A DNA stretch of 64,000 nucleotides from Eledone cirrhosa (taxonomy: Eukaryota), in contig OZ024745.1 of the NCBI GenBank assembly GCA_964016885.1, forward strand, positions 50,282,001 to 50,346,000. The letters run 5' to 3'. Positions within the stretch are counted from its first letter, which is position 1, and each line of letters opens with the position of its first letter. Both the position numbers and the translations under genes were made by a program. Below, piece by piece: positions 12,800 through 26,119 of the stretch. The notes below the pieces were generated by a model. It did no database searches, had not been told where the DNA came from, and saw nothing but the letters and a program-made list of their open reading frames with translations.

Positions 12800-12965
12800 G
12801 ATTTTTTAGTAAGTAAGTTAATTTTATAATTTTCTTATTTTACGTCTCTCATATTATTGTTCTGCAACCCCATGCATTGAACCACAATGTTAATAAGACA
12901 AAACCTATATATTTGCTAGCATCGATATGCATCTGTGTGTATATAAATGTTACTAGATATAAATG

Positions 12966-13059
<94 letters not shown>

Positions 13060-13211
13060 TCATTAGTTAAGCAAAACAAGACCACAAATTTCACAAGGAA
13101 GACATTATTAAAAGATTGTCAACATATTTTAGTTTGATGTAAGGAATGTAGAGAATAATAATAATAATATTAATAATAATTGTTTCTACAAGTAAAAATG
13201 GGGCTAGATGA

Positions 13212-14660
13212 CTATGTTGGGTCAAATATTCTGTTGGCGAAGGAATTAGCCCTTCGATGTTGACAGCTAATAGTTACCTCCGCTCTATCGTTAATCTGTA
13301 GAGGTCGTGATAGAGTTACGTAATATGCTTCGGTAATACAGAGATCACACGATTTTCGTCCATTGAACGGTTGGGCCCTAGCCAAGATATCCCATGTTAG
13401 TGAGTGTTCAATGTTGGTTAATTTAAGGTTTTTAATGAGCCTAGCTAGAGATGTCGAACATCTGTTGTCAGGGTCTGGGAAGGAAAAAGAGTGCGCGTTA
13501 TAGCGTACCTTAAAAGGGTTAGAGGTAGACCCGATATAGGAGCTGGTATTCGAAGCAGTTTTAACTGTACACCTATAGACTATGTTGGGTGTCAGGCAGT
13601 GTCCATTTAGTGGGCATGCATTAGGGTAACGGCAGTTGCAGTTACTTCTGCGGTTAGTGAGACTAGGGTAGTTTAACCTAAGCGGTTGGTCAGTGTTAGA
13701 AGGATTAGATGGGGGAGGTGTGCTACTAGAGTAAGTATTGGTGTAGTGGCGTGGTGTATTTGATAGGGGTGGTGGTTCCGCGGTGTGGGAGTTATACTGT
13801 CTTAGTTTATGATGGTTACTGAATGTGATGTGGCTAGCTAGGTTAGGTGTTGTGGATAATGAGATTTTAATGTTATTTTTATTAAAGAGTTTGTAATATG
13901 TATGGTTGGGGGGGGGGGGTAAGATACGATAGAGAAGAAGCGATTAGGGATATTAGTGGCTAGATTAGATGAGAATGGGGGGGTTAAGCCAGGTGATATT
14001 TCTAGGCCTATTCCTTCTAGGGGTTCTAGTGGAGTTGGTAGGGGCTTTCCTAGGGTTATTATTCCCTGGGCATTTGTTATTTGTCATCCCATTGCTCATT
14101 CCTATTCTAGGGTTGATTTTTAGTTTGCTACTTGGAGTGGGAAGCAGGCCGCTGCCACCATTAAATTTCCCTGTATAGGTGCTGTTACTGCTAAAATTCC
14201 GGCGAATCTGGCTATATGCTAAGGTATTTCTAGTTCTAGTGTTAAGCTTATTATGGTGAATTGCTGTGTTATGGCATTTAGGTATGTAGTAAATGGACTG
14301 TTCATAACCAGATTCAGAAAGAGCCTTATTATAATATGGTGCATGGTTTATAAATATCTCCTCATTTGCTGATAGCATGGAGATCCTATACGAGATAGAT
14401 TTGATTACTGCTCTGATGACTGCCGGTGGGTGGTTAGAGTGTGGGCTAATATATGTAAGTATTTCACCTGGTTATTGTTAAGATCCAGGGTGACGTCTAG
14501 GAAGTTTACTACTTTATGGTTCGGCTCGATGGTGATAAATAGACCGTTATTTTTAAAGAATCTATGTAATTGTTTTTTGAGTAAATCAATGCCCCCATTA
14601 GTGCAATTGTGGACTGCCAATAGGGTTGGATTTCGGCTCTGATGTTATGTAATAGGTAGT
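13212..14660 (-). pseudogene. 5'-truncated PLE (RT thumb, linker, GIY-YIG), frameshifted
   Basis: Minus strand reads VVNFLDVTLDL, APYYNKALSESGY, RNITWLNPP, CNCRYPNACPLNGHCLTPNIVYRCTVKT..YIGSTSNPFKVRY..H and CDLCITE, with the stop at 13212-13214. Confidence 0.85.
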
Positions 14661-14799
14661 TGGAATTTTCCTATTACATAACATCAGAGCCAAAATCCAA
14701 CCCTTGCAAGGCGGAATATACAGGGACGACGCCCTATTTGCAGTCTACAATTGCACTAATCGGGACATTGATTTGCTAAAAAAAACAATTACATAGATT

Positions 14800-15225
14800 A
14801 GGTGAAAAAATCAACTGCACAGAAATTACTTTTCTTCCTTTACAAACATCGAGTTTTCGTCTTTTGTAAGTTCCTGGTACAAAACTTTCTTCACGAGATT
14901 TTCTATCTGCACCGATTTCCTCGACAAAGACCCTTCAACATGGAAGGATGATCCTGGTTACAAAAGTGGAGTTGAAAAACTTTAGAAGACAGTTGTTGTG
15001 AATGATGTTGCAAAAAGAGGTGTCAAACTCATTCAGGATTACAATAACATTCTCACAAAAGATGAAACTGAGAAACAATTTGTTTTACAGATCGTTACTG
15101 AAAACCGTAAAACACCCAACTCCCACTAAATCCTCGCTTATGCAAAAAATAATGTTCAATATTAGGGGGTGGGAGCAGCAACATTTTAACTTTCGGAAAA
15201 TTACCTATTGCTAAGGGTCACCCTG

Positions 15226-15227
<2 letters not shown>
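14800..15227 (+). mobile_element. 3' remnant of a hAT-superfamily (hATm-like) DNA transposon
   Basis: Translates FLDKDPSTWKDDPGY..VVNDVAKRGVKLIQDYNNILTKDETEKQFVLQIVTENRK, resembling the hATm transposase C-terminus. Ends in CACCCTGA, similar to a TAGGGTG-type TIR. Confidence 0.6.
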
Positions 15228-15272
<45 letters not shown>

Positions 15273-15429
15273 TGTGTTTGTGTGTGTATATATATATATA
15301 TAAATTATGACTTCTTCTTATTATTATTATTATTCTTATTCTTCTTCGTCGTCCACTTATTCCTGAGAGGGTCGTGGGGGCAGAGTCCTCAAACGCTCCC
15401 TCCAGCGGGTTCTGTCAAAGTGTCGTGTA

Positions 15430-15860
15430 GTAGATATATAGAGAGAGGAGGAGATTTCAATGCTTATAGATATAATGAGGGGGTTGGGAGAGATAGATAT
15501 TGCTAAATATATAGAGTGGGACTGGATGAGACATTGTCATAAAAGATATAAAGAGGGTAGTTTGTGATGGACAGAGAGAGAACGATACGGCAGAGTATGA
15601 TAGAGATGGTGATGGGGAGAGTTTGGAGATTGATATAAAGAGGGAGATTGGGAGAGTGTTTTGTATGTTAGATATAGAGAGGGGGAGAATTTGGTGGATG
15701 TAAATATATAGAGAGGGATGAGTGCATTAATGTTAGATATAGAGAGGGCGATAAGAGAGTCCATGGTAGATATAAAGAAGGAGAGAGTTTTGTTTTAGTA
15801 GATACAGAGAGGGCGATTAAAAGAAAATTTTTTGTGATAGACATAGTGAAGAGGAGAGTT
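15430..15860 (+). repeat. Degenerate purine-rich tandem repeat (ATATAGAGAGGG core)
   Basis: Recurrent TAGATATAGAGAGGG-like units with roughly 30-bp spacing. Confidence 0.5.
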
Positions 15861-16029
15861 TGGTGGTACTCTCGTATCCCAAAAATCAATACCGAAGTAG
15901 AGTTTAAATATTCATTTATTATGGCTAATTGATACAGAACCATCAGACAAGACTGATGTTCCTGTGGGTGCACAGGTGAAACATAGAGTAACAAATCTCA
16001 CCAATAGCCATAATAACTGACTGTACACA

Positions 16030-16154
<125 letters not shown>

Positions 16155-16164
16155 GTAAATATGA

Positions 16165-16560
16165 TAATAATGGAGCTGCGGCGCTGCAAATGGGTTACAT
16201 ATGAAAAGGTTTGTCCTCATCAGTGGCCTTCCAACCGTCGTAGGCATTTTGTCGCATTAAAGGCCATATACCTCAGGTTGGTGCGAGCAACGGCTAAAAA
16301 AAGTCGTTGGGACACGTAAATAAAGGGGACGCTAGGGTAAACAGACAAAATGGTTTAAGCAGCAGAAAGTGATGAAAAAAAACAAGTCCCAGATTTCTAT
16401 GAATATAAATTCGGTGGAATCGTGAACGAGAGAATGAAGACCATCAAACCTGGTTGAAATGTGAGCAAGGAAGGAATTTCGCACAGGTCTAACGGGAGGA
16501 AGAAGGGGTCTGGTCTGCGAATTCGGTAAACATAAGTTCTGTGAAGTCGCAGACGAGAGA
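16165..16560. mobile_element. Diverged copy of family F repeat
   Basis: Shares AAATGGGTTACATATGAA, ATATACCTC..GGTTGGTGC.AGCAACGG and CATAAGTTCTGTGAA with 4290-4620. Confidence 0.6.
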
Positions 16561-16637
16561 GAGAGAAAAAAATTCATACCGGCTTGGCCAAGTGCCCGCG
16601 AGAAAAGGATTACGGACAGTATATATGAGAATATATA

Positions 16638-18726
16638 GGAGAATAAATGGGACAAAGATAGTCTGCCCCACATCGATCCAATAGAGGGACCAGCAGTGCA
16701 AGTTGAAGGTAGTATAATAAGTAAGGCAATCAAAGATATGAAGACAGGCAAGGCAGCTGGGACTTCGGAGATAGTTGCTGAAATGCTGAAAGCATCTGGA
16801 TCGGTGGGACACACTATGGTCACCCGGATAGTAAATCAAGTCGTACAGAACGGGGTCATACCAAATGACTGGCGTAGCAGCAGCATCATTAACTGCTACA
16901 AGGGTAAAGGAGATGCACTAGATAGGGAAAACTAAAGAGGCATTAAATTAATTGACCAGGTCTTGAAGGTCACAGAAAAAGTTATAGCGCAACTAATCAG
17001 AAAGCAAATTGATCTAGACGAAATGCAGTTTGAGTTTGTGTCAGGTAAAAGTACCACAGACGCCCTTTTCCTTGTACGATAACTACTTACCTTTAGTACC
17101 TAGCTAAAGGTAAACCCCTATACTTAGCTTTTGTTGACTTGGAGAAAGCATTTGACAGAGTCCCCCGCGCCATTATCTGGTGAGCCCTTAGAAAACTAGG
17201 GTTGATGAATGGCTTGTGAGAGCTATACAAGCCATGTATAAAGAAACAGTCTGCAAGGTTAGAATTAACACCGAATATAGTGAAGAATTTAGCGTAAAAG
17301 TTGGTGTTCATCAGGGCTCTGTCCTTAGCTCCCTACTATTTATTATTGCCCTTCAGGCTATAACAGGGGAGTACAAGACCGGCTGCCCATGGGAACTTCT
17401 CTATGCAGATGATCTAACTCTCATAGCTGAATCGATGGCTGAACTAGAGAAAAAATTCCAAACATGGAAGCATGGCCTTAAAGTTAACTTGTCTAAGACT
17501 AAAGTTCTAGTATATAGGAAGGAAAATAGGGCACAGGTCCCCTCTGGGAAATGGCCATGCTCAGTGTGTAGGAAAGGAGTAGGCAGAAATTCCATTTTAT
17601 GTCCCAAATGTAAAGTATGGGTGCATAAAAGATGTAATGGGATCACAGGTAAGCTATCTAAGAACGTAGATTTTATATGTGGCCGGTGCTCAGGTGCAAT
17701 AAGTAGCAAGTGCCCACGGGATACTAGCTCCTTCTATTGCCCAGATGGCTCTATAGAAATAGTGGACACCTTCCGTTACCTGGGTGACAAAATCAGCAGT
17801 GGTGGAGGGTGCTCAGAAAGTACAGTAGCCAGAGTCAGAACGAGGTGGAAAAAGTTCAGAGAGCTTATACCAATACTGGCCGCTAAAGGTTTCTCTCTAA
17901 AAATGAAAGGCAGACTGTGTGATACCTGCATACGAACAGCTATGTTACATGGCAGTGAGACATGGGCATTGTGTGCAGAGGATCTGCGCAGACTGGAGAG
18001 GAACGAAGCATGCATGCTCCGCTGGATGTGTAATAGTAATATACGTGAACAGCAAAGCATAAATGAACTAAGTGAGAAATTAGGTATAAGAGGTATCAGA
18101 TGCTGTTTACTCGAGAGAAGACTATGTTGGTATGGTCACGTGATGTGCATGAAAGACGACAGCTGTATAAAAAAGTGTAGGGCGATCAAAATTGACGGAA
18201 GTTACGGAGTAGGCAGACCCAGAAAAAACAGGGACGATTTGATAAATTCCGGCCTTACACACGTACACCTCTCCAAGACAATGTCACTGGATCGAGATCT
18301 TTGGCGCTACGCAGTAATACAGAAAACCCGCCTTGACTAAGTACAAAACGAAACCTGCAGTCAGTAGGCACCTCTTAATCAAATATACACCCCCATCCCA
18401 CTACCCCCAACTCCCCCTCCCTCACCCCCATCAACACCACCCCTTTCTCTGTAAAGTTATGTTGGTACCACAACATCCAGTCCTAAATAAATGAGGTCGT
18501 GTAGGTGTCACGACAAAAAAACACACAGTCCACGCTGTAATGTGGTCGTGTAGGTAACACGGTAAAAACCTCCCAGTCCACACTGTAAACGTGGTTGGTG
18601 TTAGGAAGGGCATCCAGCCGTAGAAAACCTGCCAGACAGTCCTATACGAGCGAGACGACCAATCTTGCCTCAAGTGGGACAATTCCAGTCTAAACCCATG
18701 CTAGCGTGGAAGATAGACGTTAAACA

Positions 18727-18760
<34 letters not shown>
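16638..18760 (+). mobile_element. 5'-truncated RTE-clade LINE with PHD-like zinc finger; (GAT)n tail
   Basis: Motifs KAIKDMKTGKAAG, YLAFVDLEKAFDRVP, GVHQGSVLS, LLYADD, WPCSVCRKGVG..C..C..WVHKRC and FRYLG, with the ORF stop at 18340. The 3' UTR contains GGAAGGGCATCCAGCCGTA and a (ATG)n tail at about 18727-18759. Confidence 0.88.
17216..18340 (+). pseudogene. Longest intact segment of the RTE LINE ORF (RT C-terminal half plus PHD-like finger)
   Basis: 374-aa ORF with YADD. The upstream continuation (16638-17215) is interrupted by stops and frameshifts. Confidence 0.85.
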
Positions 18761-18801
<41 letters not shown>

Positions 18802-19166
18802 GATGAAGAAATTGGATATAATACCAAATGCGAAGAAGCTCGATATATTAACTCTTTAGGATCGGGTACAGATTATATATATATATATATACACAGAGTG
18901 GTGTTGGAACTGGGGGGGGGGGGGGGGGGGCAAACTATATCACAGACCAAGCCCCCCACCCCAAACCCCTCCCAATAATTATATTTTTTCTCCCTAAACT
19001 ATCAAAACTCATCAATTAGGATATCCGCAACAATTTATGTACATATTATGTTTATCGTATATCGAAATTTTCTGAACATTTTAGAATGCAAAGAGCTAAA
19101 CTAATCACTACAACTAAATCGACCAAATTTACCCCCCACCCCAATTCTGAAATGCTTCCATCGCCC

Positions 19167-19266
<100 letters not shown>

Positions 19267-19619
19267 ATGAAAACACAAACTCACACAAACACGTACACAC
19301 GACATACACATCTGCCATTAAATTCCTTCAACGCCCTGTGAGAACATTCACAACAATCTGTGATTTATTTATTTGGATTAATTACAGGGTTTGGGACGCA
19401 ATATGGCTAAATGATTAAGGACTTACAATCATTAGGTTTCGAGTTCGATAGGGTTGCTGCTGAGTGCTGCACGACAGGGATGAACATAATTTGCACCCCA
19501 TCAACGAGAACTTGACTTACGCTACAAAATTCGTGTTGCCACATGGAATGTCCTGGCGCTCCTTCGCCCCGGATCAGTCACTCTACTGTCCCGAGAGCTA
19601 TCCCACTACAGCATCACAC

Positions 19620-19905
19620 TGGCGGGACTCAAGCGAGACACGCTGGCCTTACTGGAGTGGCCCTGGGGACAGGATGGGTCCCTGCGGCGTGGTACTGGCC
19701 ATGCCTAAGCATGTCCGCAAGTCACTCATCAGCTGGAACTTGCTTAGCTACCGTTTGCTGTCCGCCCGTTTTCTCGACCGTCAGGGGAAGATGACTATCG
19801 TCGTTGCTTGATGCCCCTACTGATGTCACAGAGGACACTGATAAGGACGTCTACTACGACCAGTTCCAACAGGTTTTAGGACAAATCCCACCCTATGAGA
19901 TATTA
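19620..19905 (+). pseudogene. Fragment of a LINE apurinic endonuclease (RTE-like)
   Basis: YWSG..GVVLAM..RLLSARF..MTIVVA-(frameshift)-APTDVTEDTDKDVYYDQFQQVLGQIP. Confidence 0.65.
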
Positions 19906-19927
19906 GTATATAGTATATTATATACTA

Positions 19928-20117
19928 AATAATTGTTTCTACTTTTGGCACAAGGCCAGCAATTATCCCAGTGTATTACTGGTACTTTATTTTATCGACC
20001 CCGTAAGGATGAAAGGCAAAGTTAACCTCGGCAGAATTTGAACTCAGACCATAAAGGGCCGTAACTCTTTGCTCCAAAGCATGGCGTCCGACCCTCTACC
20101 GATACTGCCAATCCACC
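19928..20117 (-). mobile_element. tRNA-derived SINE, family A (young)
   Basis: A-box TGGCAGTATCGG, B-box-like GAGTTCAAATTC, middle TTTGCCTTTCATCCTTACGGGGTCGATAAAATAAAGTACCAG and tail GGCCTTGTGCCAAAAGTAGAAACAATTA. At least ten near-identical copies are in the window. Confidence 0.85.
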
Positions 20118-20560
20118 AATATATTGTATATATACTATACAGTACATAGTACACAATATAGTATATAGTATACATTACATAGTACACAATATAGTATACA
20201 GTACACAGTACACAATATAGTATATAGTATACATTACATAGTACACAATATAGTATAGAGTATAGAGTACATAGTACACAATATAGTATATAGTATACAT
20301 TACATAGTACAAAATATAGTATACAGTACACAGTACACAATATAGTATATAGTATACATTACAGTACAAAATATAGTATACGTTACATAGTACCCAATAT
20401 AGTATAGAGTACATAGTACACAATATAGTATATAGTATACATTACATAGTACACAATATAGTATAGAGTACATAGTACACAATATAGTATAGAGTACATA
20501 GTACACAATATAGTATAGAGTATAGAGTACATAGTACACAATATAGTATATAGTATACAA
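20118..20560. repeat. AT-rich minisatellite (TAGTACACAATATAGTATA... units of about 26-33 bp)
   Basis: Tandem ATAGTACACAATATAGTAT(A/G)TAG motifs. Confidence 0.85.
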
Positions 20561-21189
20561 CATGCAACTTGTAAAGCTGTCGTTAGAACGTTGGGTATTT
20601 GTTCCGGCTTTCTGTGTTCTGAGTTCAAATCCCGCTGAAGGTCACTTTGTCTTTCATCCTTTCGGGATCGATAAAGAACGTACCAGTCCAGTGTTGGTGC
20701 AGCCTTCTTTCCTTCCAGCTCTCTTTCCTTCCAGTCCTGTCTCCGTCCAGCCTTCTTTCCTTCCAGCTCTCTCTCTCTCCTTCCAGCTTTTACATTATGG
20801 ATGTTCCTCTGAATCAAGGGTGGTAGGGTGTCAGTGTCTTCTCGCAACTGCATAGGAACGTAAAACCCTTAACGAAAGCATAGTACATACTACCAAGTCA
20901 TACTCGATTGCATGTGACGGGTGTAGTAGTAGTATAATGTGTATAGTACATAAATATATATTACATAGTAAAGCTATAAAATCGAGAGCAAAGAGGTGAA
21001 ACTGACATATTTAATCATTGCTTGGTGGCAGCAAGACATTCACGCCTACTGTAAGGAAATATACCAGGCGTGTATGGACACGCATAAACAGGCATGTATA
21101 CACATTTACACACATATGGATTCATACAAACACACTCACATACACACATACACACACACACACACACACACTTACTTATATATACACAC

Positions 21190-21269
<80 letters not shown>

Positions 21270-21339
21270 TGATTTATATATGACTTAGTGGTTAGGTTGT
21301 TTGGCTCATAGTCGTAAGAGAGAAAGAGAGGGAGAGAGA

Positions 21340-21422
<83 letters not shown>

Positions 21423-22414
21423 GGGTGTATGAAGACATATATAAACGTATATACGTTTATATCCAATAACATTCGGGTAGTCCCGAGGCCGAAGAAAAAT
21501 ATCTTTTTGTAACGAAACGAAAAAATGTTATTTTTCTCTTTTTTCTCAGTGAATATATCACCGAGTTGTTAGTATGTTCTGAGAATGTCAGACATCATTT
21601 CAAGATTTTTAAAACTTTTTAATCTTTCATTAGTGACACTCTATCTAAACATACTGGCACGAAGTAGACTGTGGTCATTATAGAATTTGTGTGATGATCA
21701 CTTGTTGGGGATGCTCATTTGCATATAGCAAGCCAGAAAACATCGGCTGGAAGTGGTCATTTGCACATAGTGCGACCCTAGCTGGTCATATTTAATCGGC
21801 GGTAGCTTCCTACAATAGGTTTTTGACTCTGAGGTCGCAGGTCAGTCTTTTGATAGAAGTCTGTGGCAGACTAAGAAAACCATCGTAGGAAAATATGTCG
21901 AGAGTTCGCTATATTAGTTCCTTGCCCAGATTGATGTGGGAGCAACGATCGATGATATATGAAGTATCGAATCGAACTGCAAGAGTATGCTTTGAAATAA
22001 GCGGAATCGAGATCTTGCTGGCTGCCAACACGCTGAGCTGTGAGTCGCTGAACACAGTTGCATAAGCCGAGTGCGCATTCGGAGACTAAATTAAAGCTAT
22101 GGCTATTTGTATGCAGTTGCATATACTAAATACAAAAAGGTACAACTTGCACGTCTTTGAAGCGGGCGTGTTGGTCGCTTTTTCCCTAATTTCAAAACGT
22201 GTAGAGATAGAAAAGAGAGGAAAGAAATATATCGAGAAAATCCACGTAAATCAATTATACAGATCTTGTGCTGTGTGTAAAATATTTGAAAATTCTGTAA
22301 CTATGTATATGCATGTGCATGTGTGTGTAAACATTTAAATGCATTAAACATCAAAGGTTTGAAACATGTGGGATCGAAATCGTCGCTGGCTGCAAGTCGC
22401 TCATATTATATGTT

Positions 22415-22536
22415 CCATTCTGAGTTCAAATCCCGCCGAGATTAACTTTACCTGTCATCCTTACGGGGTCGATAAAATAAAGTACCAGTAATACACTGGG
22501 TAATTGCTGGCTTTGTGCCAAAAGTAGAAACAATTA
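22415..22536 (+). mobile_element. SINE family A, 5'-truncated
   Basis: Runs from the B-box to the AGAAACAATTA tail. Confidence 0.8.
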
Positions 22537-23026
22537 TATGTTAAGCCAAGGAGACGTTCTACAGTGAGCCGGGAACTGATAACTAGATTGAAATTGAGCT
22601 ATGGCGCAAGTGTGTGCAACTGCAAATATCATGTCTGTAATTCTATGACGTTTAGAAATGTACGCCTGAGTTAGGCGAATGAGACCTGATAGCTGTACTG
22701 TAACTTCAACAAATTGAGCAAAGAAATTTCACGATATCCCTACATGAATCAAGTTTCACAGATACATATGTTTGTGTGAAAATATAATTGCAAAATTTGA
22801 AGCATGTTTGAAGCAATATCTGTTTGCATGAGCGTGCAAACATTTAATACGGATGTGACAGCTTGGATCAACGTGGGAAGATATCTAGCTCTGATGAATT
22901 GAGAAGCCATATGTTGGGACTGGGTCTCGAGTTCATGGTCCTGGCTGCAGAGCCGACGAAGACGGAGGAATTGGGACTAAAGTATGGAGAGTTTGGTATG
23001 GTTTGGGTGGGAGAAGTTATATATGT

Positions 23027-23073
<47 letters not shown>

Positions 23074-23075
<2 letters not shown>

Positions 23076-23284
23076 ACGAAGGAAATGTGGTAAGGAACCA
23101 GGTGGACCATAACGCACCAAAGTACTCAATACTTGGGGTAGTAGAGTGGGTAATAGGAACCAGTAAGACCCTGACAGCTGAGCTCAAGCCGTTTCGACGG
23201 CTAATTCTCTAATTCTCTAATTCGACGGCGAATTAGCCGTCGAAACGGCTTGAGCTCAGCTGTCGGGGTCTTACTGGTTCCTAT
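23074..23284. mobile_element. TA-flanked fold-back cassette (family E)
   Basis: Inverted arms at about 23152-23207 and 23230-23284. Homologous to 24876-24980, 25050-25232, 49225-49390 and 51147-51552. Confidence 0.7.
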
Positions 23285-23309
23285 ATATATATATATATAT
23301 ATATAATAA

Positions 23310-23570
23310 GGTGTGCGGTTTAGTGACAGGGATTAATTTCCTGACCGGGTGGTGTGTTGTATCCTTGAGCAAGACACTTTAATTTCACAGTGCTCCAATT
23401 TGAACAAATGCCATAAATAAGTTTTGTCACGCGGAATCTCCATAAGACTTAGGTTAAAGGTGCACATGTCTGTGGAATGTTTGGCCACGTACATGTTGAA
23501 TTCGCGAGCAGGCAGTTCTCTTGATTGACTTAACTGAACCACTCATCGTCGAAAATAACGCAGTTCCAAC
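23310..23570 (+). mobile_element. SINE family B, degenerate
   Basis: TTGTATCCTTGAGCAAGACACTTTAATTTCACAGTGCTCCA and TGTCTGTGGAATG motifs. Confidence 0.6.
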
Positions 23571-23582
23571 CACCACCATAGG

Positions 23583-23679
<97 letters not shown>

Positions 23680-23681
<2 letters not shown>

Positions 23682-24575
23682 ATAGGGAGAAAAAGACGAT
23701 TATTAGGAAGAAAAATATATTTTTTTTCCTTTTATTTTTTTCTCTTTTTTCTGGGTTAGAAAATGTTTAAAATAAAATATTTTACTCTGTGTGAAGTGTT
23801 AAGGTATTAGTTAATTTATTAATTAACAATGGCATTTATTTATTTATTAATATATTTAATAATTGTCTATTACCGGTTTCAGCATTTTATGCATTATCAG
23901 AGGAGGGAATTTGTATTGGTGTAAAATGTTTTTGAAGTGAGAAGAAAAAAGAAAAAAAGGGTTGGGGTAATGTGGAACATGATAAGGTAATGGGAAAGAA
24001 AAAATAATATTATTTACAGGCATAGTTCTTGAAGATAAGCAGATCAAAATGTGTTATTATGGCAAGAGTGCTTAGTTGATCCATGATGGAGGCAAATGGT
24101 AGTCTGGGGTTTGATAAGATTTCCCTTTTTAGAGAGTTAATATGCAGGGGGAGGTAATTCGGGGTAGTCAGGTAGGGGAGAGAGAAATGAGAGGGGGTAA
24201 TTCATTTATATAAGAAAAAGAATTAGGTAGGGTGTATGGGAGGTAACTCTTTAGAGAACATAGGAATTTGGTTTTGGTTCATTGTTCGTTCCAGTTTTAG
24301 ATTAGTCCGAAGTTTAGTCCATTAAATAGAGGTTGGAATTTGTTAATGAAGTACGTTTCCTTATTGGTACGATGGATGAAAGAAGCGTCGTCTATGAATT
24401 TGAAAATGGGGAAAAAATTTTAAAGTTTGGCGATATGTTCACTAAAAGCAATCTTTCTGTATTCCTGCATTTTGATTTGTGATCTATGGACGGTCATACG
24501 TTGTCGGAGGCTATTTTTTTGTCTGTCCTATGTAGTGCTCTTGACAACCTGAGCAGGTCAAAACACAGATTAGTA
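23680..24575 (-). mobile_element. 3' fragment of a second PLE type (Neptune-like GIY-YIG) with 3' UTR/pLTR
   Basis: Minus strand reads LICVLTCSGCQEHYIGQTKNSLRQRMTVHRSQI..SEHIA..KETYFINKFQPLFN (about 24320-24575). A degenerate HHR lies downstream at 23865-23906. Flanked by (TA)n. Confidence 0.75.
23865..23906 (-). ncRNA. Degenerate hammerhead motif
   Basis: Reverse complement reads CTGATAA-T-GCAT-AAA-ATGC-T-GAAA-CCGG-TA. The core has a G8 to A change and stem I is weak. Confidence 0.4.
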
Positions 24576-24982
24576 TACATATATATATATATATATGATA
24601 TATGTATCTAGTTAACGGCTGAGAGAAAAGAAGAGTACTCAATAACAAATTAGAGTTTAAATATTCATTTTATTAAAGCTAAATAGTGAGTCTTGTTATT
24701 CTGGAGTTTCGCCTGCTTATCACGGGGTCCGGTAAAGGAACCAAATAAATATATATATTTTTTAAAATAAGACTCCAGTTGCATTTTCGATTTCATCTTT
24801 TTTTCTTTATACTTTCACTCGTGTTATTTTTCATTTTGTAAAAAAACCTCACTTTCTAATATATATATATATATATGAAAAAGTATGACCGCGACGGCAA
24901 TTTCCCACTCTACTACCCTAAGTATTGAGTACTCTGGTGCGTTATGGTCCACCTGGTTCCTTACCACAATTCCTTTGTTATA

Positions 24983-25038
<56 letters not shown>

Positions 25039-25049
25039 ATTATCAGAAT

Positions 25050-25232
25050 AGAGGCGGTAAAACCAATTAGACCATTACTCACCACAGTACTCGATACTTA
25101 GGGTAGTAGAGTGGGTAATATGAAAAATTCGGGACCCACGACGGCTGAGCTCCGGCTGTTTCAACAGCTAGATCCGATCTAGCTGTTGAAACAGTCGGAG
25201 CTCAGCCATCGTGGGTCCCGAATTTTTCATAT
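25050..25232. mobile_element. Family E fold-back cassette
   Basis: Near-perfect 57-bp palindrome arms at 25118-25174 and 25176-25232, containing the HHR 3' half GAAACAGTC-GGAGC. Confidence 0.7.
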
Positions 25233-25422
25233 ATATACATACCTACATACACACATATAATCGGTGGAAATCCAAGATGAAGAAATTTATCTTACACATG
25301 TTTCAACAAAAATGAAAGGATAAATAGAAATGGCGGAAAACATCGCTGAAGCTCTATTATTAATGGATTGTAACGTATGACAGCCTGAACATTGCATCGA
25401 GGAATCTGGTATTAAGCATTAA

Positions 25423-25484
<62 letters not shown>

Positions 25485-25940
25485 ACGCATGTAGATTTCT
25501 ATATTCAAGTAAATAGATATGCGAGAAGCATGCTCTCACTTGAAACCTAGTGTCTGTAGTTTTTGCTTGTTGCCAGGTTAATGACTTCTAACATCTAGAA
25601 AGTGGCTATCGTGTCACACAAACGTTTGTCAAAATGAATTCTAATGTTTAGGCAATTTTCCACTCGCACTCACTCATTTTCGTGTTTATGTTTCTCTCCC
25701 TGTCGGAAGCCAGGAACTCGAACTTCTTGCAGCCATATACAGACGGTGAACCTGTCATTGCGGCAATCAAGATATCACGCGAATCGGCGACAATGGAACA
25801 GCGTCACTTTCGAAACTTTGTTACTGGGAAGGTGTAATATTTGTGATAAGTCGCCAGTGCTATGTGTGTCGTATCCTGCGTTGAAATGAGGTCGCTGCCT
25901 GAAATATGTAGCAGAAATAAACTATAATAAACATTATCTC

Positions 25941-26119
25941 TGGCAGTATCTGTAGAGGGTTGGGCGCCATGCTTTGCAGCACAGTTACGCCCCTTTACGG
26001 ACTGAGTTCAAATCCCGCCGAGGTTAACTTTGCCTTTCATCCTTACGGGGTCGATAAAATAAAGTACCAGTAATACACTGGTATAATTGCTGGCCTTGTG
26101 CCAAAAGTAGAAACAATTA
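25941..26119 (+). mobile_element. SINE family A with TSD
   Basis: Near-complete body. ATTATCTCT is duplicated at 25933-25941 and 26116-26124. Confidence 0.85.

Larger units (their letters stand above)
12233..12852. mobile_element. TA-flanked cassette with ~200-bp inverted repeats, each containing an HHR (family B)
   Basis: 12233-12431 is the reverse complement of 12653-12852, separated by a ~220-bp spacer. Confidence 0.8.
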
